This document shows, piece after piece, positions 51,084-64,000 of a DNA stretch of 64,000 nt. The notes below the pieces were generated by a model. The model did not search any database. It had not been told where the DNA came from and saw only the letters and a program-made list of their open reading frames with translations. Source of the stretch: Massalongia carnosa (lineage: Eukaryota); the NCBI GenBank assembly GCA_965645245.1, contig OZ287077.1, positions 1,674,001 to 1,738,000 on the forward strand, in the 5' to 3' direction. How positions within the stretch are numbered: the stretch's first letter is position 1; every line of letters begins with the position of its first letter. A program made the translations under genes and the position numbers.

Positions 51084-51662
51084 TCACTCAGCAAGCGAAT
51101 GCCTCCGAATCTCCTCTCTTCGCTTCTGAACCTCAGCAGCCGACTTACGTTGCTGTTCGGCGGTATACGCTCTCGCCCTTGCTTCGTCCGCCGCGGCTGC
51201 TTCCCATACTATATAAGGATTGCTCTTGTTAATAATTAAAGTACCATCAAGATTCCCGCTAGTAAGGAAAATACAAAGTAGAATATTATACTGATAAAAG
51301 ACAGAAAACTCACTCGGCCTATCGGACTGTGAGTATTCTTTCAGCTTGTCGGTGAAGTGAGTGAAATCATCTTGTCGGCCCTGCCGGTTCTCGAGCGAGC
51401 GTTTTTGGAGCTCAGGGTTGTACCGCTGCAAACAAGCGAGGTTAGATGCTGGAATATCAAATCCGGGGAGTTAACTAACTTTAACGAGTTCTTCTTCTGT
51501 GGGGGATACGTAATATATTAGTGCTGGGCCTCCGATGCAGAGTATCGACCCGCTTGAGGTTGTTAGCGGAGACATAGCTGGGGTTGAGGGCGAAGAACAC
51601 CAGGGGAGGAGCGGGATCTCCTACGCGGCGAGCATTTTAAGGTAGAGAGCAACTTTAGACAT
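51084..51662 (-). CDS. CBP4: Complex III assembly factor Cbp4 (4 exons)
   Basis: Spliced product is [51 protein letters not shown]...[15 protein letters not shown]. Confidence 0.87.
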
Positions 51663-52230
51663 AGTTTTTGATTGGTACCTTTCAAGTCGAAACTATTTAC
51701 AATTCCATTTCTTCTGACATGGTTGAAATGATCATAAGAGAAATTGGAAGTCATAAACTTTCTGCGTTCTTAGGATCATGACTCGCACGCATTAAGTGAG
51801 GTATGAACTGGCTGCGCCACATCCTAACTTGCTCTTTTCATCTAGGTATCCTCATAGTGTTACCGAGTATCACGGTTTATCCTCCAAACTGGTCAAACAT
51901 AATAACTGTGCGCAGTTTTCCAGTCATTTCCATTACTCCTATTCCGACGCGGTCTATTTCTAAAATTGAGGCAATATCGTCAAAATACATAGGGTGTCAT
52001 ATTTGGTTCTAATTAGAGACTACCATTCTCTAAACCGTAAGGCTAACCACGAGGAGCCTCATTCTTTGTCTACATTTTGGGCCCTTGGCCGATTCATTAA
52101 GGCGGTACTTACTTTACAACCTCAATCTTTCCAGAGAGTTTTTCGACCGGAGTTGCCGCTGAATAACGCCTTCCTGTGGAGATGTTTGGTTTTGAGTAAC
52201 AAAACCCAGACCAACGTGTTTGGAGTTACA

Positions 52231-55200
52231 ATGGCACATAATCAGGAGCCACGCCATGAAGAGCCCTTAAATCAACTTTATCGCCAACGGCTGAGGCCAC
52301 AATACCCTTCTCAACAATATCATGCCCAAAACCACCAAAATTCCGTAAATAATCAGAGCACGGAGTTCAGCCAATGGCCCCAATACGAGCTTTCACAACA
52401 GTCCTCCGATGAGCGCTCTACATCTCAAGATGCGATAAGGCAATATGCAGGTAGAGGACAATTTATTCGCGGAGCGCATAATAGTAGCAGAGGTTACGAT
52501 AGAGGGGGGGCTAATGACGGACAGTCTGGCCGGAATGAAGGGAGAAGCCAAAATGTATATCACGGACAGAACCGCACAAGGAATTATAGCGGAGAGATAA
52601 GAAGACTACCTGCACAGCAACGACCTATGGATCCGGAAAGAAGGGCATATGTTGATCCTAGGGCTCGTGTACCACCACGGCCAGCTGATGATTCGCTCAA
52701 CCGTGGACAGGTACTAAAACATCCTATGCCAACGGAACCTGTCTTTGATGACGACCCTGTGGAGAATCCTAGCAGCGATTATGACAAAGGGACAAGGTAT
52801 AATGACTCCCAAGAGTATCGTCTATTCCCACAGCCATATCAAGACGACCAGGGTGCTACGGTTGATCCAGAAAAACGCTTCATGGTTGAGACTGAACAGC
52901 AAGATTATGGAAAGGCATATCGAAAAGAAATATCGCAAGGGAACAGCGATTATGCCCAGGATTATGTGTACTCCGATAGTGCTGAACCAAATCTCGTCAG
53001 TACACACTCACAAACGCAATCTAGAGTAGATCAGAAACCGCAATTCCATAAACCCTGTGAGTGGTCTATTTCCGAGCAGACTTAAGGTTTTCTTTTATGA
53101 GGCTGGGCTAATGGGTTTGCAAAGATCCCCCAAAGACAATGGCGAGACAAAAATCATTAGAAATCAAAAGCTGGGATAGTCCATTTCCTACCTTTCCGTC
53201 TAACAAAGGCAAGGCGATGACTCCAAGCCAAAATGGTCTCATAGGCTCTGTTGCGGGAATGAGTTTGAATGATGACCCACGCCGTGACAGAAGGCCACAG
53301 ACGGCAAATAGTAAGAGTAGCCAGGCATCCTCGTGGGGCGGGGAGAGAAGACCTCAGACAGATACCACGCCAGATCGCTCGGGTACCAACCTGCCTCGAA
53401 TGTCAGATTCTAACCATTCCCACGAGCAACAAACAAACCCTTCTGAATATTGGCCTTCAGCAAGAAAGCAACCTCAGCAGAATGAATTTGGCACAATGGT
53501 GATGCACCTGTCAGAATCACAAGTGGATTACGGTAGGCGCTCTGAAGACGCTCCGTTTGGGGCCACGTTTTCATCCAGTACTTCCGAGCCGCAGCGGAGT
53601 AAAACCATGCCAAACAATATCTCGGAAGCAGTTAACAAAGCGGACTCTCACCGAGCATATGCTGGTGGACAGAGCTGGCCAGAAACAGGGCCAAAAGGTT
53701 TTTATAATCTTCCTGAAAGTGTAGAACACTTCCCACAAAGGCCTGGAGATACCTCCCGGCCACAGGAAACAAGCCAATCGGCACCACACTTAGATCAGGC
53801 AGGTCTGGCTTACGGCGCTGGGACGCAAAGTGCCAAAAACTTACTTCATCATCCACCACATTCCGCACAGAATAGTCTCGGTGATTTCTACGATTCTTAC
53901 TACAATACATCTCAGCAAGATCAACAGCAGTCCACGGCGAACTCAAACAAAAGCCGCCCGCTCTCCTTGGATGAAGATATGCCAAATTTTAATGCAATTC
54001 CTCACAATTATGGAATGTCTATTGACGATCATCTACCGCCCCAACCAAAAAACCCTCCTGTATCGCAAAGTCCACATCCATTTCAGCGCGGGACCTCGTC
54101 ATCATCGCGCCCTAATGGACATATTGCTGGGCAGATCTCTCGAAGCAAATCACAACCGAACCTCAATGATCAGCACTTCCACACCCTGCAAAATAACAAT
54201 GGTTTTGTGTTTGATCTGCCGACCGATGCCCCTCCTGTGCCACCAATAGCCCTATCGAAAGATAATTTTGGGCCGCGTGACCTACAATATCAAGGGCCTA
54301 CGGCTCAATTTAGGGAACAGGAATTTAGGCTTCGTAATGGGCAGGGAAGCATGACACCATTCAACGGTCCGAATGAAGGAGTAAGATGGGATCAAACAGG
54401 CCAGCAGAGTTTCCAGCTAAATGGGCAACCAGAGCAGTATCGGTCACCTGCACCCCAGAATGAATACGCCGGGGATAGCCGCAGGATATATCCTGGGACT
54501 GGATCAAGTGCAATCCATGTTGGAGGACCTGCTTCCCCCGCAGGAAACTCAGTGCCAAATCCCGACGCGCTTCCCCCACACCCAGCTCCTATTCGCCCAG
54601 GACTAATGCAAAGGCCTTTAACTCCGCAAACGAATAGGCCCCCTCCGATCCGACAATACCATAGCGGTCCGTCGCCGCTACAGGAGCCAAATCGTTCCCA
54701 ACAGCTAGGTGCATCAACAGCATTAAACGATAGGGTGGTATCTACTTCAGTCACGGTGGACGAGCTAGAAACACTCAGACTAGATGTCAGAATGAATCCG
54801 GCTGATCAGCAAGCACAGTTGACCTTGGCCAAGAAGCTAGTGGAAGCATCTACATCCCTAGTAGACGAACGAGCTGACCAGAAGACAAGAAACAAAGTCC
54901 GCGAGAAATATATTTTGGACGCCCATCGACTTGTCAAGAAGCTAGTCAGCAATCGCTCTACAGAGGCTACTTTCTATCTTGCTGATTGTTACAGCCGTGG
55001 ATTACTTGGCTTGGAAGTAGATACTAAAGAAGCATTCAGTTTGTATCAGACAGCTGCTAAAGCTGGTCATGCACAGTCCGCCTACAGAGTTGCGGTTTGC
55101 TGCGAAATGGGCCAAGAAGAAGGTGGAGGAACCAAGAGGGATCCTCAGAAAGCCATGCAATGGTATAAGCGAGCTGCCACTCTGGGGGACACACCAGCGA

Positions 55201-55997
55201 TGTACAAGATTGGAATCATCAAGTTAAAGGGTCTGCTAGGACAGCCTAAGGATCCTATAGAGGCACTGACCTGGCTTAAGCGTGCGGCCGATCGTGCAGA
55301 CGAGGAAAATCCTCATGCATTACATGAGCTTGTGAGTATAATTGCACGTGGAAGCTATCGATGGGACGACATGCTGATAGTAGGTTCCGCCGCATAGGCT
55401 CTTTTGCATGAAGGCGCCGGCACAAATCAGCCTGTAACTCAGGATGAGGCATATTCAAGGCAACTTTTCACCCAAGCGGCAAGTCTTGGATACAAATTCT
55501 CACAGTTTCGCCTTGGTTGCGCTTATGAATATGGCTTGATGGGTTGCCCAGTTGATCCACGGGAAAGTATCGCCTGGTACAGCAAAGCAGCTGTTCAAGA
55601 AGAGCACCAGAGCGAACTTGCGCTGAGCGGCTGGTATTTAACTGGCTCAGAAGGCGTGCTGCAGCAAAGCGATACAGAGGCCTACCTTTGGGCTCGTAAG
55701 GCCGCTCAGGCAGGTTTAGCAAAAGCGGAGTACGCCATGGGCTACTTTACGGAGGTGGGCATCGGCGCTCCTGCCAATATCGACGACGCGAAGCGATGGT
55801 ATTGGCGCTCGGCTTGTGAGTGTTTGGGTAGATATACCTGAAGATCCGATAAGCTGACTGAGGTGAAAGCACAAAATTTCCCGAAAGCACGCGATCGACT
55901 GGAGGATCTGCGCAAAGGCGGGGCCAAGATGCAAAAATCACGAGTGTCGCGGTCCGCCATTCGCAAGCAGTCTGAAGGCGAGTGTGTCCTTATGTAA
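52231..55997 (+). CDS. Sel1-repeat chitin synthase activator (Skt5/Chs4-like) with C-terminal CaaX; 3 introns
   Basis: Multiple Sel1 repeats (AFSLYQTAAKAGH, AMQWYKRAATLGD, SIAWYSKAA, AYLWARKAA). The last exon ends ...EGECVLM*. Confidence 0.88.
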
Positions 55998-56618
55998 CTC
56001 TACTGTTGCCATATTTTGGAAAAGCTCCCTTGGTAAGGTTCAGCAAAGCATTCATTTTACGGGTGAACTTGGAAATAATTTCCTTCGGAAAGATGGTTTC
56101 TTTGAATGGGACGGTAACTTTCGGTGGATTAGCGGGCGGTCTCATTACTGTACATTACGATTACGAGTATGATTATGTATTATTGCTACAGGTTGCGGGA
56201 CAGTTCTGAGCACTGTATGTATCTGTATGTATCTCTATGTATCTGTATGCACCTAATCCGCTCTTTACAGAGCGCCTGACTGTTTGAATTCAAAGGAGCT
56301 CGAAACGAGATAACGGTAACAGCGCTTCGGGCAAAGGCCCTCGGCTTCGGGGCTTTGCTATGATCGCTTGACGAAGCATCAGGTAATGCTTTGCAATCCA
56401 CTTAAACTTGCTTCAAACATAAGTTAGCTCACAAAGCATTTTCTATCTCAACAAATTTCCTTTTTCAAGAAAATTGTGTGCTGCATCTTAAATAAAGAGG
56501 TCAAATGCTTGCTCGGGCGTTCAGTTGCTCTCTCACTCTCCCGTCACAGTAACCTATAACAAAATCATCTATTGAAAGATACAGAGAAAAGGAGAAGACA
56601 AGATCAGAAAAAATAATC

Positions 56619-58118
56619 ATGGCGCAAACCCCAGTTTACTTCTTCTCCCACGGCGGCGTACGTCCCCCCCCTTTTCCTCTCACCCGTTTCTCTCTTATTA
56701 CATCGAAATCCCCTTTGCCCATAAACCTTTTCGTTCCTCCTTTAAACACTAATAGAACACTAACATCCACATCCATCCTCCAATTGACTAGCCTCCCTTA
56801 ATGTACGACACCCCCCATCCAGCGTACGCCCAGCTGCAAAAGGTCGGGAGAGAAATCACCGGCGTGATCAAGCCGAAGGCGGTGGTGGTCGTGTCGGCGC
56901 ACTGGGAGGCTGAGGAGTGGGCGGGCGGTAGGGACGAGGGAGTGGAGATTGGAATTGCGGAGGAAGGGGAGTTGCTTTATGAGTGGGTTTCTTGGCTTCA
57001 TGTTTTCTGATCTTCGACCTCTGCCGGCCTTATGGAACATTGTCCCTTTCCCTTTTTTTCACCTTGAATTCTCTATTACTTTTCAAAGATCCCTTCCAAA
57101 AACAAAGAACGACAGGCACCCCCCAAACCGAAGGGAAGGACTCTCCACCAAAAAAAATAGAACAAAAATAAACAGTTGGATGAAGCATATAACTCAAAGC
57201 TCAGCTAACGACACCCCGAACGCAGCTTTTATGGTTTCCCAGCGCGCTATTACCACGAGAAATACCCGTATAAGGTTACCAAAGGTCTAGCATCTCTAGT
57301 CGGCTCTACACTGGAGAAAGGGGGTATCAAGGTTAAGTCTGTGGCTAGGGGGGTAGATCACGGGGTGTGGGTTTGTTTCAAAGTTGGTGAGTACCTGCTT
57401 CGATTACATCACCCTGGACTCTTCCCCCTTTGGTTCCTTGCTGTGAATCCAAGTTTCATCCTACTCAGTCTCTTCTGCTTCTTAGAGCAGGGATACCCAT
57501 AGATTGGCAAAACGCCTTCATTCCATCGATGATACCCTCCCCTTCCAAACCTTTCTCAGGTTCGATTAAGCCGCAATATCTAACCCGAAACTCTCAGCGT
57601 TTGACCCATCAACCAACCCGCTCTCGATCCCCCTCATTCAAATCTCCCTCCCGCCCGCAACCCGTACATCACCAACGCCATACTTCAACCTTGGCGCAGC
57701 ACTAGCTCCCCTCCGCAGTGCTGGGGTCCTCCTTATAATGTCGGGGATGACCGCCCATAACCTCTCCTCGTTACGGCAGACCCGCGCAGACCCGACGCCG
57801 CTCCCTTATACGCTTAGCTTTAGCGCTGCGCTTGAGGACGCAATCGCGAAACCTATTTCTCTGGGAGAAGGTGAGGAGGGGCAGGGGGGTAACGGAGGAA
57901 ATGAGGGAATATATGGAGAAAAAAAGGTCCGGGAAGAAGCCATGGCCGCGCTGCTGACGAGAGAAGACTCCAGGCTGGCACATCCGACGCTGGAACATTT
58001 ATGGCCTGTGTTTGTAGGGGTTGGGGCTGCGAGAGGGGAGAAGGGAAGAAAGATTTGGGGAATGGGGCAGGGGGGGATCGGGTGGGGAATTTATCGGTGG
58101 GGGGAGGAGAGTGGTTAG
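56619..58118 (+). CDS. Extradiol ring-cleavage dioxygenase class III (LigB / 4,5-DOPA dioxygenase-like); 3 introns
   Basis: Motifs FFSHGG|P, VVSAHWE, YD|FYGFP, RGVDHGVW, SGMTAHNL and AHPTLEHLWP. Confidence 0.88.
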
Positions 58119-58288
58119 AGAAGGGGCTTGCGGAAACAGAAGGTAACCGAGGGAAGGTTCGCTTGCGGGGAGAATGCTAGTTTGGAGTTTGGAACTCATG
58201 TAGATTTCCTTCTGTGGTGGTTTATGTACAATTCCCATTTTCGATATCCCTCGAGCTTCGACTAATACCTTAGCATGCGGCTGCATGA

Positions 58289-58975
58289 TTATATTCCCGT
58301 CTTCACTAAGCCCGTCACTCGCTCTTCAATTTCCTTATCGTTCAAGCCTAAGATCCTGTCAACCAGAGTTTCCCTTTTCTAACGGGAGAAAGTATTCGAG
58401 GGGGACATATGTACACACCGGATAAAGTTTCCAGCTTCTCCTGACCGAATCCTATATTCCAAACCCCCAATATTAGTCAATTGATCCTTTTTCTTTTCCT
58501 CCAACCAAAAATTCTTCTCCATCATCCCTTCAGCGCAAGCCTTAACCCCCCCGGGCCCTCTGCCCTCGCCTCCTCCATCTCACCTCACCTCACCCGACAT
58601 AAAAAACCAAGACATTAAATGACAGCGAACCTTCACATACCATACCGCGCAAACACCCTCGGTTCCACACCCAGTGCCTCGCGCACCATGATGGGTGTGT
58701 GCGGGTTATTCTTCTTCATGGTCGGATAGGCGCGCATGAGGAATGTCCTGCCAACAAGCCAGCGCACATACAGTTCTTATTGTTAGCGGATTCTTTCATA
58801 TTGTGTTCTTCCGAGGAGGGTGATCGAGGTGGTTAGTCTTTTTGGAAGGGGGGTGGATAGAAGGAGAGGAACGGAAGAGGAGAGGGTACCTTGTTGCGGC
58901 GCTCTGCTCCGAGCTCTGGCAGAGCAAAAACCGGAGTTCCCTTAACGAGGTGGTGAAGGCGTACTTGCTCGTCAT
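58289..58975 (-). CDS. NDUFA2: NADH:ubiquinone oxidoreductase B8 / 10.5-kDa subunit (4 exons)
   Basis: Spliced product is MTSKYAFTTSLRELRFLLCQSSEQSAATR|TFLMRAYPTMKKNNPHTPIMVREALGVEPRVFARY|GFGQEKLETLS|GLNDKEIEERVTGLVKTGI*. Confidence 0.9.
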
Positions 58976-59329
58976 GATGGCGGGAAGTTATAATCTGTAA
59001 CTCTTGGAGGGAATGGAAAAGAAGGGTCCGCGATTGGTGCTTCGGAGCCGACGTTTTCCCGATGTTCTCGAAACCACTCCACATCACGTGCCCATTCATT
59101 TCTCAATCGAACCCTATAATTATCGCGATCCCACCAAACCCCACCCGAAATTCGATTTTCAAAAAAACCCTCTTGCTCTCCCTCTCCTCCCTCCCAATTC
59201 TTACCAGTCTCTCCACTATATCAGCGCCCTTCCTCCCTTCCAACCCCAATCCCAACTCGCAATCTACCCCCACACCATCACCAACCACCCCACCCTACCC
59301 TACGAACAGAAAGACAAAGAGACAGAAAA

Positions 59330-60344
59330 ATGTCCTCCCGCCCCTCCTCCTCTCTCTTTCGCCTCTTTCGGGCCTCGCGCCCCTTCCAAACCTTCACTCG
59401 CCCTGCCGGTCGCCGCTTCCAATCGACCGCCTCTCCGACGGAGGAAACGGCGCGGAACCCCTTCCAGCGGCTGTGGCGTAGTCCAGTCGGGGTGAAGACG
59501 GTGCATTTCTGGTAGGTAATTTTTGATATCTTCCTTTTTGGGGAGTTTAGTTTTGTACTTCTGTAGTGGTGGGATGGGGCGGTAGAGCGGAGGATGGAGG
59601 TTTGGTAGAGTGGAAGGGAAGGGCTGTTTCGGGTGTGGCTGAATGATATGGGTGTATGATGGCTGATTTACTCGATCTATCTAGGGCGCCCGTCATGAAG
59701 GTACGGTTCTTGTCTCCGCTACGTCTCCTTTTCTCCAACGGACCCCCACCCTTCCCTCCCCTACGACATGCATACCCCATCACCTCGATTACCAACTTGC
59801 TTATACCATTCTTGCCCACGCACGAAGTGGTCTCTAGTCCTAGCCGGCATATCTGATTTCTCGCGTCCAGCGGAGAACCTCTCCCTCACGCAAAACCTAG
59901 CCCTGACCGCCACTGGCACCATTTGGACACGGTGGTGCTTCATTATTAAGCCGCAAAACCTCCTGTACGTACCCTGATTCTCCCCCAGTTTTTCTTTACG
60001 TCGCTCGACTGCTACATTTATTTATTTCTGCTACCGACCTTGTCTTCTACCCTTTCTCCCTCCCTCTTCCTCTCTAAAATCATCCAGTCCGCTAACCAAC
60101 AACCCCTTATCCCTGGGTCCACAAAATTAGTCTAGCAGCCGTAAACTTCTTCCTCGCCGGCGTCGGCGTTACCCAAGTTGCTCGCATCCTCATGTACCAA
60201 CGCAGCGTCAAAGCAGCCGTAGGCAGCGATCTCAACGCCACCCCTTCGCCAGAAGAAACCAGCGCGGCGAAAGAGGCCAAGGGAGTGGTGGTTGGGAAGG
60301 GGGAGGGGGTGCTTGAGAAGGTGCGTGATAAGGCGGTGCGGTGA
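59330..60344 (+). CDS. Mitochondrial pyruvate carrier subunit (MPC2-like); includes 16-nt exon 59685-59700
   Basis: Spliced core is SPVGVKTVHFW|APVMK|WSLVLAGISDFSRPAENLSLTQNLALTATGTIWTRWCFIIKPQNLL|LAAVNFFL. Confidence 0.92.
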
Positions 60345-61563
60345 GGATTGGGGCGTTTGGCTTTGCTTAATACTGGTTCTTTTCGTTGTGGGGAGATGGG
60401 ATTTCGGGAAAAGGGGATGAGGACAGGTAGAGTAACGACGTTGAGTGATGGAAATATATAGATGCATATTGGGAAGAGAGTCCAGGGGTGCCGTGGGATG
60501 TGTAAAATTTATCCACAAATCCTTTTTTCTCCAAACTGCCCTTGCCCTGCCTAGCCTAGGTCTGCTTGCATACGCACGTGAACTTCGACTTCAAAATCTC
60601 TCTCTTCGTTTACCCCTTTCCCCCAAGATCGCTATCCCCACGCCCCTACCTACCTCCGTATCCACTCAATCTACCTCTTCCCTCATTCCTACTTATGCAC
60701 ATACGTATCCCAATCTAACCATGATTACTTACAACCATACATACACATTTCCCCCACCCGCTCTCCCTCTTTCCCTCCATATCTATCTACCTACCTACCT
60801 AACCAAAACAACCAGTTTAAACCAACCGACCAATCAATCCATCCTTCCAACTTCCCGCGCCCGTGCTTGTTAGCGAAAAGTGAAAGTTACGCGAAGTGAG
60901 GGGAGGGAAGGAATAATAAGGATGGTCCTGTGGACCTGAGTGGAGAAAAATGGGTTTCTTATTTTTTTTTTGGCAGATTTAAAAAGAAAACCTACCCTGC
61001 TCGGTAGTACAGCCTAGCTACGTCGAAAAGAGGGAAGGGGGGGGGAGGAAGTCACGCAGGCTTAAATTCACGGATCCAGCCTATTCCTCTATCAATACGT
61101 CCCGTCCATTGAATGAAACATGTATGCATTTCTTTCAATAGCAAACCCCTGTTCTTTCCACCTTGCCTTCCCTTTCTCCCCCCTTTTTGTCAACGCAACT
61201 GATTTCTTAAAAAAACCCAGCCTCCCATATCCGTGAATCAAGTAAGTATTTGCTGCTGGAATGAAACTTCTAATAAGAATTACATTATCGAGGCGCAGAA
61301 GAAGATAGACGCCGTATGGAAAAATGCTGTTTATATTTCTAACCTTATGCTACGTAAATCTATCGTATGCATCATGCACGTTGCCGACAAAAGAGGACCT
61401 TTACTGAAAAGGAGCCGAAATTTTCGTTTTATGAATTACTGATTGCTGGGAAGTTTTGGAGAAGCATGGCAAAGGTGTCGAGGTGGGATCCTTGAACTCA
61501 CAAAGAGGGAATTTGAAGACTCAAGGAGCTTGATTATAAGAAATGAAGAGAAAAATTTGCAAC

Positions 61564-64000
61564 TCAAGGCCGCGGCTGTTTTCTCTTCGGCACAATAAAG
61601 GGGTTGGCTTCTTTCCGTTTCTTTATCGGTGGGCGGACCTGGTTTTGGGCAGGGATGAGTGGGCGGGCGGGAGGAACAGCCTTTTTTTAGATGAGTCAGT
61701 TTGATCAGAATTTAGAAGTACATATGTAGGAGAAAACCACCTTTGGGTCGCCTCTCAAAGGCTCAGGAGTAATCGGAGCTATTGGCTTGGAGTGTTGTTT
61801 CAAAGCAGCAGGACCAGTGGGTAGGGTCGTCCTTAAGACTTGTGGAGCAGATGACGCTGTGGAGCTTATGCTAAGCCTTCTGTCTGGTAGATGTGAGTGA
61901 TGTTGTTGCCCTTCGGTGATGCATCTTCTGGGAACGTTGCCGGAATTAGAACGGTCGAGCTACGGAACGTTAGCATCACAAATAAAAATGGAAGTACGTC
62001 TTTAGCTTACGTTGTTCTCCTTCGTCATGGCGTTCCTCGATCCTTTGGGGACATCTATGCCTGGTGAAGGCTCCCGCTTCCTCTTTGCAACATTCCGAAG
62101 GGCATCAGGCGGCGGGGTCCTTGATGTAGCGCGGACAGTTGGTATGGTCATGGCATGATCTCCCAGCTGGCGTCTCCGCTGTATCTCGGACGACCGATGT
62201 ACAGTAAACTTATGGTTTGTCTCAAATCGACGTATGCGGTCCTTCTCGCGCTTTGACAGATGCTGACTATTTGTGCAAACGGCAGCGGAATGACCGAATG
62301 CGCCACACTCCAGGCATCGTTCTTTGGTGCATGATCCTAGATGATGATTAGCATCGCCGCAACGATGGCATTTGTCATTTGTCAATTCAACTGCGTCCTT
62401 ATTGTCACACTGATATGACTGGTGTGCAGAACTACCGCATTTGCTGCAGAACAGATTCGGATTCAGTCCGTTACCACCCCCAGAGCGATTAAGGGGCAAA
62501 CCCCTCGGATCGGCTCTCGGTACGGTTTGTGGGTCTCTAAATGTATTATTAGTTGAGCCATCTTGAAAATTCTTGTCGACTAGCGATTGCTGGACGGAAG
62601 ATCTAATAGAGCTACTAGAGCTACTAGCTGTAAAACCGCCTGCTGTTGGAGCATCTAGCATCTCAACATCACGATGTGTTCTGACAGAAGCATCAGACGT
62701 TGTAGAACCTCGACTCAGATTGTTGAATTTCGAGCCAAGGTCTAACAATGGTCGGCTAAGCATTCCCATTACATCTCCCGCCGTATAACGGTCTCGACTC
62801 TTGGCATCTTGTATCAATTTGCCCCAGAACTCACCCTGCATTAACGATTGAGAGTTTCCCAAAACCCAGAGTGAGGACTTGGCTCGTGTGATACCGACAT
62901 TCATTCGCCGAATGTCTGCCAAAAACCCAATACCTCTAGCCTTCGATGCACGAACACAAGAAAATATGATGACTTCGCATTCTCTTCCCTGAAATGCGTC
63001 GGCGGTGTTAAATTCAACAATTTTGAAAATTGAATCGCTATATCTCTGAGCAAACCGTGTCCGAAGTTCTCGTAGTTGACTTTTGTACGGGGTTATTATG
63101 CCGATTTTACCCTTAAAATCGTAATCGGTGCAGTCAGTGGTCAATCGATGAAATAGACTAAGAGAAACCTCAATTTCTGCGAGATTGATAAGAGAGTGGC
63201 CGCCAGGAGCGTTTTGGTGAAAACCCTGCACGTCAAAAAAGCGATATGCTCCCAAAAGCTCGCTTCCGTGCCACGGCTGGGTTCTGAGCTTGGCCATGTT
63301 CGCACCATCGAGGAGTCGACCGTCATAAAAAGCTTGGCTTGGAAAGAGGCTAATTTCTGGATGCATTCGATATTGAGTATCAAGCAGGTGAACGTCATTT
63401 GGGTGGTTGCCTTGCATCCGAACGAACAAACTCTGCTCATACTGAAACCTGGCTGCTTCTCGTGAGAGTACGGTAGGTGGGAGTTGTTTGGGATCACCCA
63501 CTAGAATACACTTGGAGCATCCATATTTGAGAGGTATGAGTGCACTGAGCTCGATGGATTGTGCGGCTTCGTCGATGATGACCGTTTCGAACTCGATACT
63601 AAGATTTTGAAACATCTCATGACCACTGCCGGATAGGGTAGCACAGATAACATGAGCTCCGTCTAAGATCTCCTGTTGTATTCGACGCCGGCTGATCTCG
63701 GCATCCCTGGCAACAATGTCACCGCGATCACGTAAGGAGTCAATTTGATTGCTAAGCTGCTGCTTCCTCCGTTTCAAGACTTCAAAGTCCCGCTCCTGCT
63801 CTGGCACAGCGGGGTTTCCGCTCGCTTTTTTTTCATCCAATTTCACCCGTAGTGCGTTTAGCTCTTCGCAGGTGGCTTTATGCGCTAACATCGTTTTGTG
63901 CATCTCATCCCCGGAGCTGCCCTGTTTACCGGTTGCAAGGTTGAGCTTGGCATTGACGAGTTCATCCAGCGTCACATCCAAAACATTAGCGTTCATGGCA
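61564..64000 (-). CDS. SEN1: Sen1/senataxin Upf1-like RNA/DNA helicase, 3' part (5' end outside the window); 2 late introns
   Basis: Motifs VICATLSGSGH, IIDEAAQ, LVGDPKQLPPT, QYRMHPEI, ITPYKSQ, DAFQGRE and RRMNVGITRAK. The last exon ends PFIVPKRKQPRP*. Confidence 0.92.

Noticed and set aside
1..64000. CRISPR arrays, rRNA, tRNA, telomerase template, secondary-metabolite backbone genes
   Set aside because: No repeat-spacer arrays, tRNA cloverleaf, rRNA signature, TAACCCTAA template in an RNA-like context or PKS/NRPS motifs were seen by eye. An intron-containing tRNA could have been missed.

Overview
Eukaryotic, intron-rich DNA (GT-AG introns with CTAAC/CTGAC branch points) from a filamentous ascomycete (Pezizomycotina). 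The first ~12 kb is gene-poor, with AT-rich degenerate sequence and a GT32 mannosyltransferase pseudogene. The rest holds about 21 spliced genes: RPR2, SUB2/UAP56, WBP11-like, HSP12, roadblock/LC7, IPI1, EGD1 (NAC-beta), dihydroorotase, a DUF262 protein, cryptochrome-DASH, an SDR, FRE metalloreductase, Ctr permease, a BIM1/X325-like GPI protein, a Nup53-like RRM protein, CBP4, a Sel1-repeat chitin synthase activator, a LigB/DODA-type dioxygenase, NDUFA2, an MPC subunit and the 3' part of SEN1. There is also a dead Tc1/IS630-type transposon with 37-bp inverted repeats. Four signals stand out: (1) a compact three-gene copper-acquisition cluster (Met-rich FRE head-to-head with Ctr, followed by a His-brace BIM1/X325 GPI protein); (2) a single-nucleotide exon needed to keep EGD1 in frame; (3) nested long-range RNA helices in the long first intron of SUB2; (4) an intergenic ~220-nt multi-hairpin element that may be an ncRNA. 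All calls come from manual reading and motif recognition; no database search was run.
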